Source: Heptranchias perlo (taxonomy: Eukaryota). Taken from it: a stretch of 64,000 nucleotides of DNA. The notes beneath the pieces are model-generated. The model saw only the letters and a program-made list of their open reading frames with translations. It did not search any database and was not told the origin of the DNA. Of this stretch, positions 1-12,127 are shown one piece after another (position 1 is the first letter of the stretch; each line of letters opens with the position of its first letter). The position numbers were made by a program, and so were the translations under genes. The stretch spans positions 76,880,001 through 76,944,000 of the forward strand of contig NC_090330.1 in the NCBI RefSeq assembly GCF_035084215.1, in the 5' to 3' direction.

Positions 1-491
1 ATTTAAGTCTAAGCACCCTTTTAACGGCGTGGTAAGTATCAATGACTGCCAAACAACCTCTCTGGCACTGAAAAGTAACATTTACAAATGTGGAGTCTCA
101 TTCCTTCAGATTTTAATTGTTGTTGGACATTTTAAAAGAAAAAATGTAAATTTTTAATTTTTTTTATTTTCTATTTCTGTCTCTTTTATCGCTCTCTCTT
201 TATTTCGCTTTCTGTACCTGATGTGACATTGAATTCATTATTCTAACTTACGCTTCCTGGTTCTGACACTTCGCTGCTCAGCACATGCTTTAATCTGATT
301 GGCTAAGGAGATAGACAGTTGCTTGCCCCGTTCACATAGGTCTCAGCTGCCCTGTAGAGGGTGCCGTTTTGGATTCAACGCCCCATGAGAGGAATTTACC
401 ATGAAAACAACCAAAAAAAACTTTATGGATAAATGCAGGTCTAACGAGTGGCAGGTGCCGTTTGTTCGCTGCTCAGAGGAAAGTCTGGGCC
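1..491. mobile_element. Right part of a non-autonomous DNA transposon (Harbinger/Tourist-like MITE family), truncated by the window edge
   Basis: Internal blocks (tgccaaacaacc, aatgtggag, ctttctgtacctg, ctgattgg) recur in the same order at 20597-21355 and 54407-55143; ends in a TIR-like ...ggaaagtctgggcc. Confidence 0.5.
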
Positions 492-1228
492 AGTAACAGT
501 TCCTCGTGAAAGAGTTATAAGGCTCTAACTTTATCAAGAGATTACAAGCCCTACACTATATGAGCTAAACATAAGCAACTAACTGCATTTATAAAGAAGT
601 CTTTTTATTTTTTGTTTCATTCGAGAATGTTAAAAAAAAAATGAATTTGCCATGCTGGGCACAGTCAGAAAGTGCACTGTTTTAGAAAAACTAGAACATT
701 GTACCATGTAACACAATGTACTATTCTGCTAAGTATTGGTGTGAGCTCACTTAAGGCTACAAAGTCTAATTAATAAGTACTGAGTGAGTAAATACAAATG
801 TCAGTTAAGAGACTGCAGATATTGTGGTTGATATTTTCTGTTGCTGCAGAGTTTGTACAATTCTTTTGTTTCTTGATACCTTTTTTTATCCAAGCATGAC
901 CCAGAATGTTGTGTTATGATAGTGTGATAGACCTTTGAAATGTAACAGATGGAAGTAAAGTTTTCTTGTGTATGTGTGTCTGTATATATTTATATTTTTT
1001 AAAGAATTATTTTGTTACATGCATGTAAAGTGGTAAGATTGAGGAGCTATGGTCTAATATATTCCACTGAGGAAAAAAGGGTGTAAAAGAAATGACAGCC
1101 ATCCGTGGCTAAGTAAAGAAATCAAGGATAGTATCCGACTAAAAACAAGGACATATAAGGTAGCCAAACTTAGTGGGAGGATAGAAGATTGGGAATTCTT
1201 CAAAAGACAGCAAAAAGTAACTAAAGGA

Positions 1229-3046
1229 TTGATTAAGAAAGGGAAGTTAGATTATGAAAAGAAATTAGCAAAAAATATAAAAACAGATAGCAAGAGTTTC
1301 TATAGTTATATAAAAAGAAAAAGGGTGGCTAAGGCAAACGTAGGTCCCTTAGAGGATGAGACCGGGAAATTAATGGTGGGAAACATGGAGATGGCAAAAA
1401 TGCTGAACAAATATTTTGTTTCAGTCTTTACAGTAGAGGACACTAAGAATATCCCAACACTGGACAAACAGGGGACTCTCGGGGGGGAGGAGCTAAATAC
1501 GATTAAAATCACTCAGGAGATGGTACTCAGTAAAATAATGGGACTCAAGGTGGATAAATCCCCTGGACCTGATGGCTTCCATCCTAGGGTCTTGAGGGAA
1601 GTGGCAGTAGGGATTGTGGATGCTTTGGTGATAGTTTTCCAAAATTCCCTGGACTCAGGAGAGGTCCCGGCAGATTGGAAAACTGCCAATGTAACACCGT
1701 TATTTAAAAAGGGTAGTAGGCAGAAGGCTGGAAATTATAGGCCAGTTAGCTTAACATCTGTGGTGGGTAAAATTTTGGAGTCTATTATTAAGGAGACAGT
1801 AACGGAACATTTAGATAAGCATAATTTAATAGGACAAAGTCAGCATGGCTTTATAAAGGGGAAGTCATGTCTGACAAATTTGCTTGAGTTCTTCGAGGAT
1901 ATAACGTATAGGGTGGATAAAGGGGAACCAGTGGACATCGTGTATTTAGACTTCCAGAAGGCATTCGACAAGGTGCCACATAAAAGATTATTACTTAAGA
2001 TAAAAAATCACGGGATTGGGGGTAATATTCTGGCATGGGTGGAGGATTGGTTATCGAACAGGAAGCAGAGAGTTGGGATAAATGGTTCATTTTCGGACTG
2101 GCAACCAGTAACCAGTGGTGTTCCACAGGGGTCGGTGCTGGGTCCCCAACTCTTTACAATCTATATTAACGATTTGGAGGAGGGGACCGAGTGCAACATA
2201 TCAAAATTTGCAGATGATACAAAGATGGGAGGGAAAGTAGAGAGTGAGGAGGACATAAAAAACCTGCAAGGGGATATAGACAGGCTGGGTGAGTGGGCGG
2301 AGATTTGGCAGATGCAATATAATATTGGAAAATGTGAGGTTATGCACTTTGGCAGGAAAAATCAGAGAGCAAGTTATTTTCTTAATGGCGAGAGACTGGA
2401 AAGTACTGCAGTACAAAGGGATCTGGGGGTCCTAGTGCAAGAAAATCAAAAAGTTGGTATGCAGGTGCAGCAGGTGATCAAGAAAGCCAACGGAATGTTG
2501 GCTTTTATTGCTAGGGGGATAGAATATAAAAACAAGGAGGTATTGCTGCAGTTATATAAGGTATTGGTGAGACCGCACCTGGAATACTGCATACAGTTTT
2601 GGTCTCCATACTTAAGAAAAGACATACTTGCTCTCGAGGCAGTACAAAGAAGGTTCACTCGGTTAATCCCGGGGATGAGGGGGCGGACATATGAGGAGAG
2701 GTTGAGTAGATTGGGACTCTACTCATTGGAGTTCAGAAGAATGAGAGGCGATCTTATTGAAACATATAAGATTGTGAAGGGTCTTGATCGGGTGGATGCA
2801 GTAAGGATGTTCCCAAAGATGGGTGAAACTAGAACTAGGGGGCATAATCTTAGAATAAGGGGCTGCTCTTTCAAAACTGAGATGAGGAGAAACTTCTTCA
2901 CTCAGAGGGTGGTAGGTCTGTGGAATTTGCTGCCCCAGGAAGCTGTGGAAGCTACATCATTAAATAAATTTAAAACAGAAATAGACAGTTTCCTAGAAGT
3001 AAAGGGAATTAGGGGTTATGGGGAGCGGGCAGGAAATTGGACATGA
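1229..3046 (+). CDS. CR1 ORF2 fragment (RT and C-terminal domain), no APE, stop-free
   Basis: 605-aa ORF with all non-LTR RT motifs; the frame is open back to the 5' truncation at about 1061. Confidence 0.9.
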   Translation: MIKKGKLDYEKKLAKNIKTDSKSFYSYIKRKRVAKANVGPLEDETGKLMVGNMEMAKMLNKYFVSVFTVEDTKNIPTLDKQGTLGGEELNTIKITQEMVLSKIMGLKVDKSPGPDGFHPRVLREVAVGIVDALVIVFQNSLDSGEVPADWKTANVTPLFKKGSRQKAGNYRPVSLTSVVGKILESIIKETVTEHLDKHNLIGQSQHGFIKGKSCLTNLLEFFEDITYRVDKGEPVDIVYLDFQKAFDKVPHKRLLLKIKNHGIGGNILAWVEDWLSNRKQRVGINGSFSDWQPVTSGVPQGSVLGPQLFTIYINDLEEGTECNISKFADDTKMGGKVESEEDIKNLQGDIDRLGEWAEIWQMQYNIGKCEVMHFGRKNQRASYFLNGERLESTAVQRDLGVLVQENQKVGMQVQQVIKKANGMLAFIARGIEYKNKEVLLQLYKVLVRPHLEYCIQFWSPYLRKDILALEAVQRRFTRLIPGMRGRTYEERLSRLGLYSLEFRRMRGDLIETYKIVKGLDRVDAVRMFPKMGETRTRGHNLRIRGCSFKTEMRRNFFTQRVVGLWNLLPQEAVEATSLNKFKTEIDSFLEVKGIRGYGERAGNWT

Positions 3047-3047
3047 A

Positions 3048-4647
3048 TCATAGAATCATAGAAGTTACAACATGGAAACAGGCCCTTCGGCCCAACATGT
3101 CCATGTCGCCCAGTTTATACCACTAAGCTAGTCCCAATTGCCTGCACTTGGCCCATATCCCTCGATACCCATCTTCCCCATGTAACTGTCCAAATGCTTT
3201 TTAAAAGACAAAATTGTACCCGCCTCGACTACTGCCTCTGGCAGCTCGTTCCAGACACTCACCACCCTTTGAGTGAAAAAATTGCCCCTCTGGATCCTTT
3301 TGTATCTCTCCCCTCTCACCTTAAATCTGTGCCCCCTCGTTATAGACTCCCCTACCTTTGGGAAAAGATTTTGACTATCGACCTTATCTATGCCCCTCAT
3401 TATTTTATAGACTTCTATAAGATCACCCCTTAACCTCTTACTCTCCAGGGAAAAAAGTCCCAGTCTGTCTAACCTCTCCCTGTAAGTCAAACCATCAAGT
3501 CCCGGTAGCATCCTAGTAAATCTTTTCTGCACTCTTTCTAGTTTAATAATATCCTTTCTATAATAGGGTGACCAGAACTGTACACAGTACTCCAAGTGTG
3601 GCCTCACCAATGCCCTGTACAACTTCAACAAGACATCCCAACTCCTGCATTCAATGTTCTGACCAATGAAACCAAGCATGCTGAATGCCTTCTTCACCAC
3701 CCTATCCACCTGTGACTCCACTTTCAAGGAGCTATGAACCTGTACTCCTAGATCTCTTTGTTCTATAACTCTCCCCAACGCCCTACCATTAACGGAGTAG
3801 GTCCTGGCCCGATTCGATCTACCAAAATGCATCACCTCACATTTATCTAAATTAAACTCCATCTGCCATTCATCGGCCCACTGGCCCAATTTATCAAGAT
3901 CCCGTTGCAATCCTAGATAACCTTCTTCACTGTCCACAATGCCACCAATCTTGGTGTCATCTGCAAACTTACTAACCATGCCTCCTAAATTCTCATCCAA
4001 ATCATTAATATAAATAACAAATAACAGCGGACCCAGCACCGATCCCTGAGGCACACCGCTGGACACAGGCATCCAGTTTGAAAAACAACCCTCGACAACC
4101 ACCCTCTGTCTTCTGTCGTCAAGCCAATTTTGTATCCAATTGGCTACCTCACCTTGGATCCCATGAGATTTAACCTTATGTAACAACCTACCATGCGGTA
4201 CCTTGTCAAATGCTTTGCTGAAGTCCATGTAGACCACGTCTACTGCACAGCCCTCATCTATCTTCTTGGTTACCCCTTCAAAAAACTCAATCAAATTCGT
4301 GAGACATGATTTTCCTCTCACAAAACCATGCTGACTGTTCCTAATTAGTCCCTGCCTCTCCAAATGCCTGTAGATCCTGTCCCTCAGAATACCCTCTAAC
4401 AACTTACCCACTACAGATGTCAGGCTCACTGGTCTGTAGTTCCCAGGCTTTTCCCTGCCGCCCTTCTTAAACAAAGGCACAACATTTGCTACCCTCCAAT
4501 CTTCAGGCACCTCACCTGTTGCGGTGGATGATTCAAATATCTCTGCTAGGGCACCCGCAATTTCCTCCCTAACCTCCCTTAACGTCCTGGGATACATTTC
4601 ATCATGTCTCGGAGATTTATCTACCTTGATGCGCGTTAAGACTTCCA
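3048..4647 (-). mobile_element. Young 5'-truncated CR1 LINE (different subfamily) nested in the 3' UTR of the previous element
   Basis: Stop-free 489-aa RT ORF 3128-4597; (gaatcata)n tail at about 3045-3063. Confidence 0.95.
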
Positions 4648-5489
4648 GCCCTGTGGGTGGCGGAGAGGGCCCAGGGGCTATGTGGCCGGGTCCTGCTCCG
4701 ACTTCTTGTGTTCTTTAGATTTGTGGTTGGGATCAGATCAGCCATGATCTTATTCAATGGCGGAGCAGGCTCGAGGGGCCGATTGGCCTACTCCTGCTCC
4801 AATTTCTTATGTTCTTATGTTCTTAATATAAAGTTTAACTATATGACAACTGCTTTAATTTTTTTTCCGATATAAGTTTAGTAAATGAAAATATAAAATC
4901 TGGCACAATGTAGTCTACCATCAGAACTGAATTGAAAACTGATTCAGTGGCATTCTTTCTCAATTGTTCTGGATTACTCACACAGCATCCTTAATTATTT
5001 TCCCTGGACTATACCCAGAAATAAGACAAGGCAGGCTATGCATGTAAAGTTAAAGGGACTATACTTTGATGCAATGTACATCACCATAAATTCATATGGA
5101 ATGCTGTTGAAAATCATTTATTGAAAATAAGTTTTTAGTAGGACAGTATTCTATTTGGAAAATAGTTATAATCACAATGTTAACTGCTTTATAGCATTTC
5201 CCTTTACAAAGGACCATACATGGGGGTTTTAACCACTTCTTCATGTGTTTGCAAAATCTCTTTAGTTTCAAAGTCACTTGGATGTTTTTCTTGCATTCAT
5301 ATTGTGAGATTTAAAATATTTTATTGCTGTTATCTTGCCCTTAGACTTTATGGCCATTACAGGATAACACTTTAATATATGCTGTGTATTTTTTTCTTTC
5401 TCCCTCCCCTCAGAACAATTCTGGGGTACAGTTTCACAAGTACCATTTTTCATGCATGATGCTAGACGAAGTATCTGCAGGCTGTTTGG

Positions 5490-5710
5490 CTGTGGGAAGT
5501 ATCACTATGTCCACTCCTGTCTTCCCTCAGCATATGTATCCAGCAGGGACACCTGATAGTGATCCCAGGCATCGGAGATCTTGCTGATTTTATTTTCCTC
5601 ACCAGCTTGTAGACTGTGGCCAGTTGCAGCACCTCACTGCTGCCCTGGCTGAGATTATCTAACTCAGCAAAAACAAGATCGAACCACACTTGGTGACACA
5701 GTAGCACTCT
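5490..5710 (-). mobile_element. Ancient tRNA-head SINE-like dispersed repeat (fragment)
   Basis: B-box-like gatcgaacc; body (ggctgagat..ctaactcagca) resembles the copies at 7495-7810, 12597-12955 and 40440-40875. Confidence 0.45.
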
Positions 5711-5856
5711 CCAAAAGCTGAATTGAATTCTGGAAATCAGTGAAAGCCTTCAGTTTTGAAGTTCTGTTTAGGTGGATTCAGCCTTGTGTGCTGGGTGCAT
5801 TTCTCAGGCAATCACCAGTTTGATGTTAGTCAGCTGGTCACCAAAACAAAGTCATA

Positions 5857-6058
5857 GGAGGTGATTTTACAAGTCCGCTTTCAGCAGGGAGCCTAAAGCC
5901 AGCACCACTTATTGGAAATTTGAGCATGCACTGCCCACAATTTTCTGACCATTAAAATGAATGGAAAATTGTGGGCAATGTGCGTCCACATTTCCCACAT
6001 GCACTTGTCAGCCAGACAGGTTATCCGCGAACAGTGCGGACCCGTAAAAACAGCCCTC
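5857..6058. repeat. About 200-bp imperfect palindrome, MITE-like
   Basis: Outer arms ttttacaagtccgc / gcggacccgtaaaa; inner arms gcactgcccacaattttc / gaaaattgtgggcaatgtgc. Confidence 0.6.
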
Positions 6059-7228
6059 TGATATATTCTCCCTCTATCTTAAATTTTAAAAATCTGGTTT
6101 ATTAAAATTGTCACAATTGGTCTGGGTTACTTGGCCAATCAATTAGGAAAACTCTCCTTAATTACTCTGCATGTACTATGCCACTGATATTTTCTCACCA
6201 AGCATATTGGTACCTACATGCTGTAGGAAAACTCATGCTTGAACTAGTATGCCTCAGTGTTGTGCAGTGTGCTAATGTAATTGTTTGAACCCTACATTGC
6301 TACCATCACCACCCCTCCCCTCTTTCCCCCCCCCCCAACCCCCCCACAAACAACGGACAAGTAATCATCGATCTTTTCACCTTAGTGTTCCATAGCTCAA
6401 AATGCACTCTGCTCTTCATACAACCCCAAGTTTGGAAGGACAGAATCTGTAATAGCACTGCTCAGCATTTTTCACAGTTCAGGTTGAAGTGATCATTCTA
6501 CATGTCATAAAAATCACAATGCAGAAGGCCATTCAGCCCATCATGTCTCTTTTTGTAAATACAGCTGTTCAGCTAGATCTAACTGCTCTAATCCAATTTC
6601 TCCTTTTTAACAATTCCTTTGTTAACAATCCAAACTTATCCTGCTCCATTTTAAATGATGGCTATAGTCTCTGACTCAACAGCCACTTGTGGTAAAGCAA
6701 TAACTGTTTGTGTGAAAAATACCTACTGAAATCTTTGCAGTACCAATGCACCAAGTCAGCCATCAAAAAGAAGTTCAACTAACCATATCCTAGCCCTTTA
6801 ATACCTCACATTCCTTCCACATCTCTACTTTTGACACAAACTCCCTCCATTGTCCATTCTGTTCTTCAGTTATGACTAACATGTCTGGGAAAGGGAGAAA
6901 ATTGGACAAAGATTGAGTCGAACTGATCTTCACTCTCATTTCCATTCCATCATGCCACGATCACGCTCATTTATGGGTTGTAATGGAGCAAGTGTGAAAT
7001 TTGACTCATTTTTGTTATGTGATTTGATTTTTAAAAATATTTCCAATTAATTTTGTGGCTAGCTGGAGTGATCATTCAGCTACATAATATAAAAAACTAA
7101 AATATATCTGAAGCTTTCGCTAACAATTACAGTTTGGAACCATTTGTACTAGTGTTTGGGGCGTTTGGTTCTAGATATGGAAAAGTGTTCCACTGGATTT
7201 TATTGGAAGCTCTTCCAGTGCTGATTGG

Positions 7229-7457
7229 CATGATGTGGAGATGCCGGTGATGGACTGGGGTTGACAATTGTAAACAATTTTACAACACCAAGTTATAGTC
7301 CAACAATTTTATTTTAAAATCCACAAGCTTTCGGAGGCTTCCTCCTTCCTCAGGTGAAGACACACATTCACCTGAGGAAGGAGGAAGCCTCCGAAAGCTT
7401 GTGGATTTTAAAATAAAATTGTTGGACTATAACTTGGTGTTGTAAAATTGTTTACAA
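7229..7457. mobile_element. Non-coding Penelope-like (PLE) derivative: 38-nt tail plus perfect inverted pLTR hairpin
   Basis: Arms 7268-7358 and 7367-7457 are exact reverse complements (91 bp, 8-nt loop). TSD GTGCTGATTGG at 7218-7228 and 7458-7468. Homologous to the termini of the GIY-YIG element at 50829-52086. Confidence 0.9.
7367..7405 (+). ncRNA. Minimal type I hammerhead ribozyme motif (identical copy on the - strand at 7320-7358)
   Basis: UUCAC-CUGAGGA-A-GGAGG(AAG)CCUCC-GAAA-GC-UU-GUGGA: core boxes, 5-bp stem II, 5-bp stem I and palindromic AAGCUU stem III, as in PLE-associated hammerheads. Confidence 0.7.
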
Positions 7458-7494
7458 GTGCTGATTGGGTAACTGATGTTTCACTAAGCCACAC

Positions 7495-7810
7495 TGGTCC
7501 CAGATTTAATCCCCAATTAAAACTGGGTTGTTGTTAGAGGCACTGTAGTTGGCTTCAGCACCTTGAAGAAAAAGGGGGAAAAAAAGATTGGCCAAGTTTT
7601 CTTCTACTGTTGACTATTCAGTGTATGCACATGTGAATGTCAGGTCAGGATAGGAAATGGGCACATCATTCATGTCCTTACAGTTGAATAGCCTGTCAAA
7701 ATTTGCTGTCCAGGCTCTCACATGACACATGTCTGCTTTTGTATGGTACTGGAGGACTGTTGAAACTATAGAGGTCAGTGCATCCAGTGGATAAGGGAGC
7801 AAAAAGGGGG
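7495..7810 (+). mobile_element. Ancient SINE-like dispersed repeat
   Basis: Degenerate similarity to 12597-12955 (gaaaa..attggcca, tgcacatg, gaaact.tag). Confidence 0.4.
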
Positions 7811-8559
7811 AAGGAGGTGGAAGAAAACAATTCTGGTGATACAATACTGGATTATTGTTGCTAGAGGCTGCAAAAGTAAACACTCATGCTCTAGCACAGA
7901 GGTTGAGTAATGTAGTCTTCTCTATTTTGTTTTGTAAACTTCAATATTTTGACATGATCAGGACCTGGACTAGAATGGAAACAACACATACTGAGATAAA
8001 AGCTAATAATATATGGATGATGGCTGCAATATGCCAACAATGATTCTTTTAAATTTGCATGTGAAGAATAAAACAGAAACATGTGATGCAGGCACTTGTT
8101 TCATCCTTTTCCAAAATGCTAACACACATTTTGGCACTGGCACATCATGCAACAATTAGTATAAAATAGAAGTGCCTTAGGCCAAGGCATCTCAGAGTTA
8201 TTCATTAAATGTCAAGCACAAGGAGGGTGACGCAGAGGAGGTTTGCTACTGCCTGTAGGCTTTGTGTGCTGTTTGCTCCTGCTCATTGTGTTAATTATTT
8301 TCTTTGAAACTATTGCTTGAACTATGTTAACATGGGTTTACACAGCCACAAATAATATGGTTTGTTACCATTACACCATGCTCACTAAATTGTAAACTGT
8401 GCCAGTACCTGTCTGTCCAAATATTTTGTAGAACATTTAACAGATCACAGTCTTTTTTGGGGGGATTTATGTAAGAAGGGAACTGAATTTAACTAATTAA
8501 TTAAATACACTTTTTAAGGGAGAAATATCAATGGCTCAGAATGAGCATGAACGGTATAT

Positions 8560-9047
8560 TACATGTTGAATGGGTTGTATTCATTTTGGGGTCAGATCAG
8601 AGGACACGGCCTGCGCTTGAAGCAAGGTAAATTCAAAACTAATCTGTGGAAACAATATTTGAGTGAGCGAGCGATCAATCTGTGGAACAGGCTCCCTAGG
8701 GAGACAGTGGAAGCAGTTAGTATTCATTCAAATGCAAATTATGTAGATTTCTTAAAGGAAATAACATTTTGGGATATACTATATGAGTAATTTTAAAAGT
8801 GACGTGGTAAATGTATCATGCTTTGGAGAAACGGGTGACTTTGGACCTGTGTTTCCTCAAGCTCTCCACCACTGGGATTTTCCTTGCATCATGTCTGGGT
8901 CTGTTGTAGACTAATTGATAGAGATTGATAGAGATTGATTGCTATGATCAGTCAATAACTCCATTATCGTTGTACCAAGCAACTACCAGGATGGTAGAAG
9001 GTGAACTAGATGTACTTTTTTCATCTAGCAATTCCTATATTCTTATA
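8560..9047 (+). mobile_element. Old CR1 3' fragment
   Basis: ORF 8563-8790 (RGHGLRL..INLWNRLP) matches the CR1 ORF2 C-terminus; ends attcctatattcttata. Confidence 0.7.
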
Positions 9048-9239
9048 GTTGTCACTCCTTTCTTGCTTTGAGATATTTCCACATTCTGATTTTATTCTTA
9101 TGTTAAACCTATTTAAAAATTTGTCTATTTGCATGTGCATTTTGCCTGCCGGCCTGGACCAGAGTCCATTACTCTTTTTTTTCCCCCTTGGCTCCTCTTG
9201 GACCCTTCTCTCATGTCTCCTCCCATTCTTGTCACCCAG

Positions 9240-10015
9240 TCATGCCACCTTTTACTTCTCCCTTCTTGAATACTTCGCCTCCCCTAATCCCAACCTCAAC
9301 CCATGACTACTCCTCTGCCTCCCTTTCTATACTGTTGCTGCTGTCCAGGATTGAATTCTACCCCCGCCCCCCCATCTCCCTTTTGAATATGCCCACAGCT
9401 ACCTTCTGTGCCTCTCTTGGCATTCTCCAAAGGGCCTACAGAGTTATGTATTGTTGCCTTCTAATGAATAGTATCCTCAACTGCCCCATCCTTCTCTCAT
9501 ACCAGCTTTCCCACCCAGCATATCTGCTGGGGGCTAACCTAGCTATTTCCCTTCCCATATTGTTCACTCCAGCTACTACTACCCCATTAGATTCTGTCAG
9601 CGGTCAATCACCGTCCCTCTTTGCATTTCCTACCAGAATCAACATTCACTCATGTACATGACCTTGCCATCCATGACCTTATTGTGGATAATTGCATTGA
9701 CATCTTTGCTTTGACTAAAGCTTGGCTCCCAGATGGCAATACCTTGCCTTTTATCGAAGCTTCCCGGCCTGGTTATATTTTTCCAGCACTTGCCCCAGTC
9801 AACTGGTATGGAATTTATCATCAAGTTACACATTTGTTTCTCTTTCTACTCCTCTGGCACTTTGTCCTCCTTTGAGTACCTCACCTTGTTCCACGACTCT
9901 CGCCTCTCTTAAAATCTGCATTGTCTCCTGCCCTCCCCCAAGCCCCAAACTGAGCTTCTTCCTATGATATCGCCCCTGTTTTCATTCCTGAGCCTCTGCA
10001 CTGAGTGACTCCTCA
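9240..10015 (+). mobile_element. Degenerate L2-like LINE fragment (APE region)
   Basis: C-rich strand; translation LAIHDLIVDNCIDIFALTKAWL resembles the APE D..A.TETW motif. Confidence 0.55.
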
Positions 10016-10163
10016 TAGTAACATAAGGGGCAAAATGCCTCGCAATCTTTGGCTGTTAAGCTATTATTGCACTGAAAAACATTGAGGGTTATTGAGTTTA
10101 GTGCATCAAGCCGCTTAGGCATCATTATTGCATATAGCACAAATATCCTTTTACTTTTAACCG

Positions 10164-12127
10164 TGCATACAAAAAGGCAAAAAATAGCACAGATCCTGGC
10201 GAATGGGAAAGATACAAAGATCAACAAAGGGTCACAAAACAGATAGTAAGAGCCACAAAAAGAGTATGAAAAGAAACTTGCAAGGGATATCAAAACCAAT
10301 ACAAAGAACTTTTATAGTTATATTAGGAAAAAGAGGGTGGTCAGGAGCAGCGTTGGCCCCTTAAAAACTGAAAGTGGGGATATTGTCATTGACAATGGGG
10401 AAATGGCAGACATGTTGAATAATAACTTTGGTTCAGTATTTACAGTAGAAAAAGAGGATAGCATGCCGGAAATCCCCAGAAAACTAATATTGAATCGGGG
10501 ACAGGGACTTGATAAAATTAACATAAATAAAGCAACAGTAATGACGAAAATAATAGCACTAAAGAGTGACAAATCCCCAGGACCAGATGGTTTCCATCCC
10601 AGGGTTTTAAAGGAAGTAGGTGAGCAGATTGCAGATGCCCTAACTATAATCTTTCAAAGTTCTCTAGATTCAGGAACTGTCCCTCTAGATTGGAAAATTG
10701 CACGTCACTCTGCTTTTTAAGAAAGGAGAGAGAGGGAAACCGGGGAATTATAGACCAGTTAGCTTAACATCTGTTGTGGGGAAATTGCTAGAGTCTATAA
10801 TTAAGGATAGGGTGGCTGAACACCTCGAATTTTCAGTTAATCAGAGAGAGCCAGCATGGATTTGTGAAAGGTAGGTTGTGCCTGACAAACCTGATTGAAT
10901 TTTTTGAAGAGTTGACTAAAGTAGTGGACAGGGGAATGTCAATGGATGTTATTTATATGGACTTCCAGAAGGCATTTGATGAAGTCCCACATAAGAGACT
11001 GTTAGCTAAGTTAGAAGCCCATGGAATCAAGTGAAAAGTACAGACTTGGTTAGGAAATTGGCTGAGCGAAAGGCGACAGAGAGTAGGGATAATGGGTAAG
11101 TATTCACATTGGCAGGATGTGACTAGTGGAGTCCCGCAGGGATCTGTCTTGGGGCCTCAATTATTCACACTATTTATTAGCGACTTAGTTGAAGGCATAG
11201 AAAGTCTCATATCTAAGTTTGCCGATGACACAAAGATTGGTGGCATTGTAAGCAGTGTAGATGAAAACATAAAATTACAAAGGGATATTGATAGATTAGG
11301 TGAATGGGCAAAACTGTGGCAAATGGAATTCAATGTGGACAAATGTGAGGTCATCTACTTTGAATCAAAAAAGGATAGAACAGGGTACTTTCTAAATGGT
11401 AAAAAGTTAAAAACAGTGGATGTCCAAAGGGACTTCGGGGTTCAGGTACATAGATCATTGAAGTGTCATGAACAGGTGCAGAAAATCATCAATAAGGCTA
11501 ATGGAATGCTGGCCTTTATATCTAGAGTACAAGGGGCAGAAGTTATGCTGCAGCTATACAAAACCCTGGTTAGACCGCACCTGGAGTACTGTGAGCAGTT
11601 CTGGGCACCGCACCTTCGGAAGGACATATTGGCCTTGGAGGGAGTGCAGCGTAAGTTTACAAGAATGATACCTGGACTTCAAGGGTTAAGTTACGAGGCG
11701 AGATTACACAAATTGGGGTTGTATTCTCTGGAGTTTCGAAGGTTAAGGGGTGATCTGATCGAAGTTTATAAGATATTAAGGGGAACGGATCGAGTGGATA
11801 GAGAGAAACTATTTCCGCTGGTTGGGGATTTTAGGAGTAGGGGGCACAGTCTAAAAATTAGAGCCAGACCTTTCAGGAGCGAGATTAGAAAACATTTCTA
11901 CACACAAAGGGTGGAAGAAGTTTGGAACTCTCTTCCGCAAACGGCAATTGATACTAGCTCAATTACTAAATTTAAATGTGAGATAGATAGCTTTTTGGCA
12001 ACCAAAGGTATTAAGGGATATGGGCCAAAGGCAGGTATATGGAGTTAGATCACAGATCAGCCATGATCTTATCAAATGGCGGAGCAGGCACAAGGAGCTG
12101 AATGGCCTACTCATGTTCCTATGTTCC
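10164..12127 (+). mobile_element. 5'-truncated CR1 LINE with frameshifts and stops
   Basis: RT fragments 10337-10720 and 11092-12048; CR1 stem-loop and (atgttcc) tail. Confidence 0.95.

Larger units (their letters stand above)
1055..4830 (+). mobile_element. Young 5'-truncated CR1 (HER1-type) LINE, interrupted in its 3' UTR by a second CR1
   Basis: Uninterrupted RT frame to the stop at 3046 ([25 protein letters not shown]). The 3' UTR resumes at 4648 and ends in (ttcttatg)n. TSD TAATATA at 1055-1061 and 4824-4830. Confidence 0.95.

Noticed and set aside
1306-2901. Recurrent antisense ORFs inside LINEs (here and throughout)
   Set aside because: Shadow ORFs of RT coding sequence, repeated only because the elements are repeated
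7268-7457. Hairpin as a pre-miRNA, terminator or DNA-transposon MITE
   Set aside because: The asymmetric 38-nt tail and homology to the GIY-YIG element termini indicate PLE origin
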